A DNA stretch of 64,000 bases from Balanoglossus misakiensis. Its lineage: Eukaryota; Animalia; Hemichordata. The notes under the pieces were generated by a model. That model saw nothing but the letters and a program-made list of their open reading frames with translations, did no database searches and was not told where the DNA came from. A program made the translations under genes and the position numbers. Shown here piece after piece: positions 62,961 to 64,000 of the stretch (the stretch's first letter is position 1; every line of letters starts with the position of its first letter). Where the stretch lies: contig CM082595.2 in NCBI GenBank assembly GCA_040954595.2, positions 3,271,943 to 3,335,942 of the forward strand, given 5' to 3'.

Positions 62961-63285
62961 GGTGGTGGTGGTGGTGGTGGTGGTGGTGTCGTCGACGTCG
63001 ACGAGGAGAGGGATAGAGGACAATCGTTTCGTTTTTGGTGGTGTTGGTAGTGGTGGTGGTGGTTACGGTATGCTAAAAAGTGGTGGTGATTCGGTGTTAC
63101 TTGTTCTGGTGGGTATAGTATGGCGTTGTAATAATCTGGCTGTTGTTGTGGTGGTGGTAAATGCAGTTTTGTCTTACACTTGTGATACTTGACTTTGAAT
63201 CTCTTCAAACACAGGCCTTGCGTGGGAGGATGAACAATGTACTGACAAGCACAGATTCACTTGCAAAGTGAATCTCATTCAGTAG
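61738..63285 (+). CDS. Secreted C-type lectin 11 (EPD / WED), paralog of lectin 10
   Basis: MWLSMLFLLTLGYVQG; CPTGWEQWAPTGGDPACYRCF...GVCAGEYNLWIGFND; WSDQSSVVYTNWDSGEPDTSSSGLIDTDVHC; AWEDEQCTDKHRFTCKVNLIQ*. Confidence 0.9.
62873..62988. repeat. (GTT)n/(GGT)n microsatellite in lectin 11 intron 3
   Basis: Directly visible trinucleotide runs. Confidence 0.95.
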
Positions 63286-64000
63286 CTCCATCAGGTATTT
63301 AAGCTCAATAGTCTTTTCAAGAGCTCACCACAACTTGGTGGTACATTGTATGTGGCCAAATTGTCCAGGGCCAATCGCCATACAGGCACTGTTGAATACA
63401 CAGCAAGATAACATACCCCATTCTTCATCATTGGCATGATTAAAGCTTATGATCACCTAGAGACACAACGCCTAGAAAAACACGTGGCCAAGGTGTTTGT
63501 GTGACAATATTTACCAGTAAACCAGTCCAATTTTTCTTTTCTTCTGATAGTTACTTTATTTTATTTTCCCAGGCAGCGTCATAGAGTTCCCGTTGTCGAA
63601 TTCGTTTCATGAATATTTCGATTTTGTTTGTGAAACAGTGTCGTCGATATTTTTAAAACTGGTGGTCGAATAAAAGTAAATCTGCACATCAATGTGTGTC
63701 CGTCAATCCGATGACAAATATAACGGGAGCGTCACACCTTAAGTGTTATAGAAGACTAAAAGCACACTGGGAACAGAAAAAACAAGGCATCTAACGACGC
63801 TTTGATTTTCAAATGATATTGTTTTTTATTTCCTTGTAAATGATGTAGTCTGTACTCCTGTTGTTCAGAATTAGATCACAACATACAACTCAGTAATGCA
63901 CGCTGAATAAAAGCACTCTGTACAAACTCGAGACGTTAATCGAGAGAAACATCCTACACGAACTCAAGAGGGCGTGCTACTTATGCACCCTCGTGATAGA

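Noticed and set aside
62832-63208. Poly-Val/Gly and poly-Pro/Thr ORFs
   Set aside because: Trinucleotide microsatellite inside lectin 11 intron 3.

Overview
Eukaryotic (animal, non-vertebrate-looking) genomic DNA with spliceosomal introns; gene models were hand-spliced, so exon edges are approximate. From left to right: (1) the 5' part of a condensin I subunit gene NCAPD2/CAP-D2 on the minus strand, running off the left edge. (2) Two tandem GT14 core-2/I-branching beta-1,6-GlcNAc transferase genes with intronless CDS on the plus strand. (3) A ~23 kb minus-strand gene encoding a predicted secreted protein of about 3,600 aa: signal peptide, YHYH-like domain, about 54 ADAMTS-type thrombospondin type-1 (TSP1) repeats, and one C-terminal CUB domain. 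Nearly every repeat sits on its own phase-0 exon, and 36 of them come from 12 near-identical copies of a three-exon cassette, four of which use a GC splice donor. (4) Head-to-head with that gene, a tandem array of 11 small secreted single-domain C-type lectin genes with diverse sugar-site motifs (EPS, EPD, EPN, QPD, QPN) and subfamily-specific extra cysteines. Two MITEs with target-site duplications, a dispersed repeat and microsatellites are also present. The best candidate for an undescribed system is the YHYH-TSP1x54-CUB protein, possibly working with its glycosyltransferase and lectin neighbours; that link is inference only.
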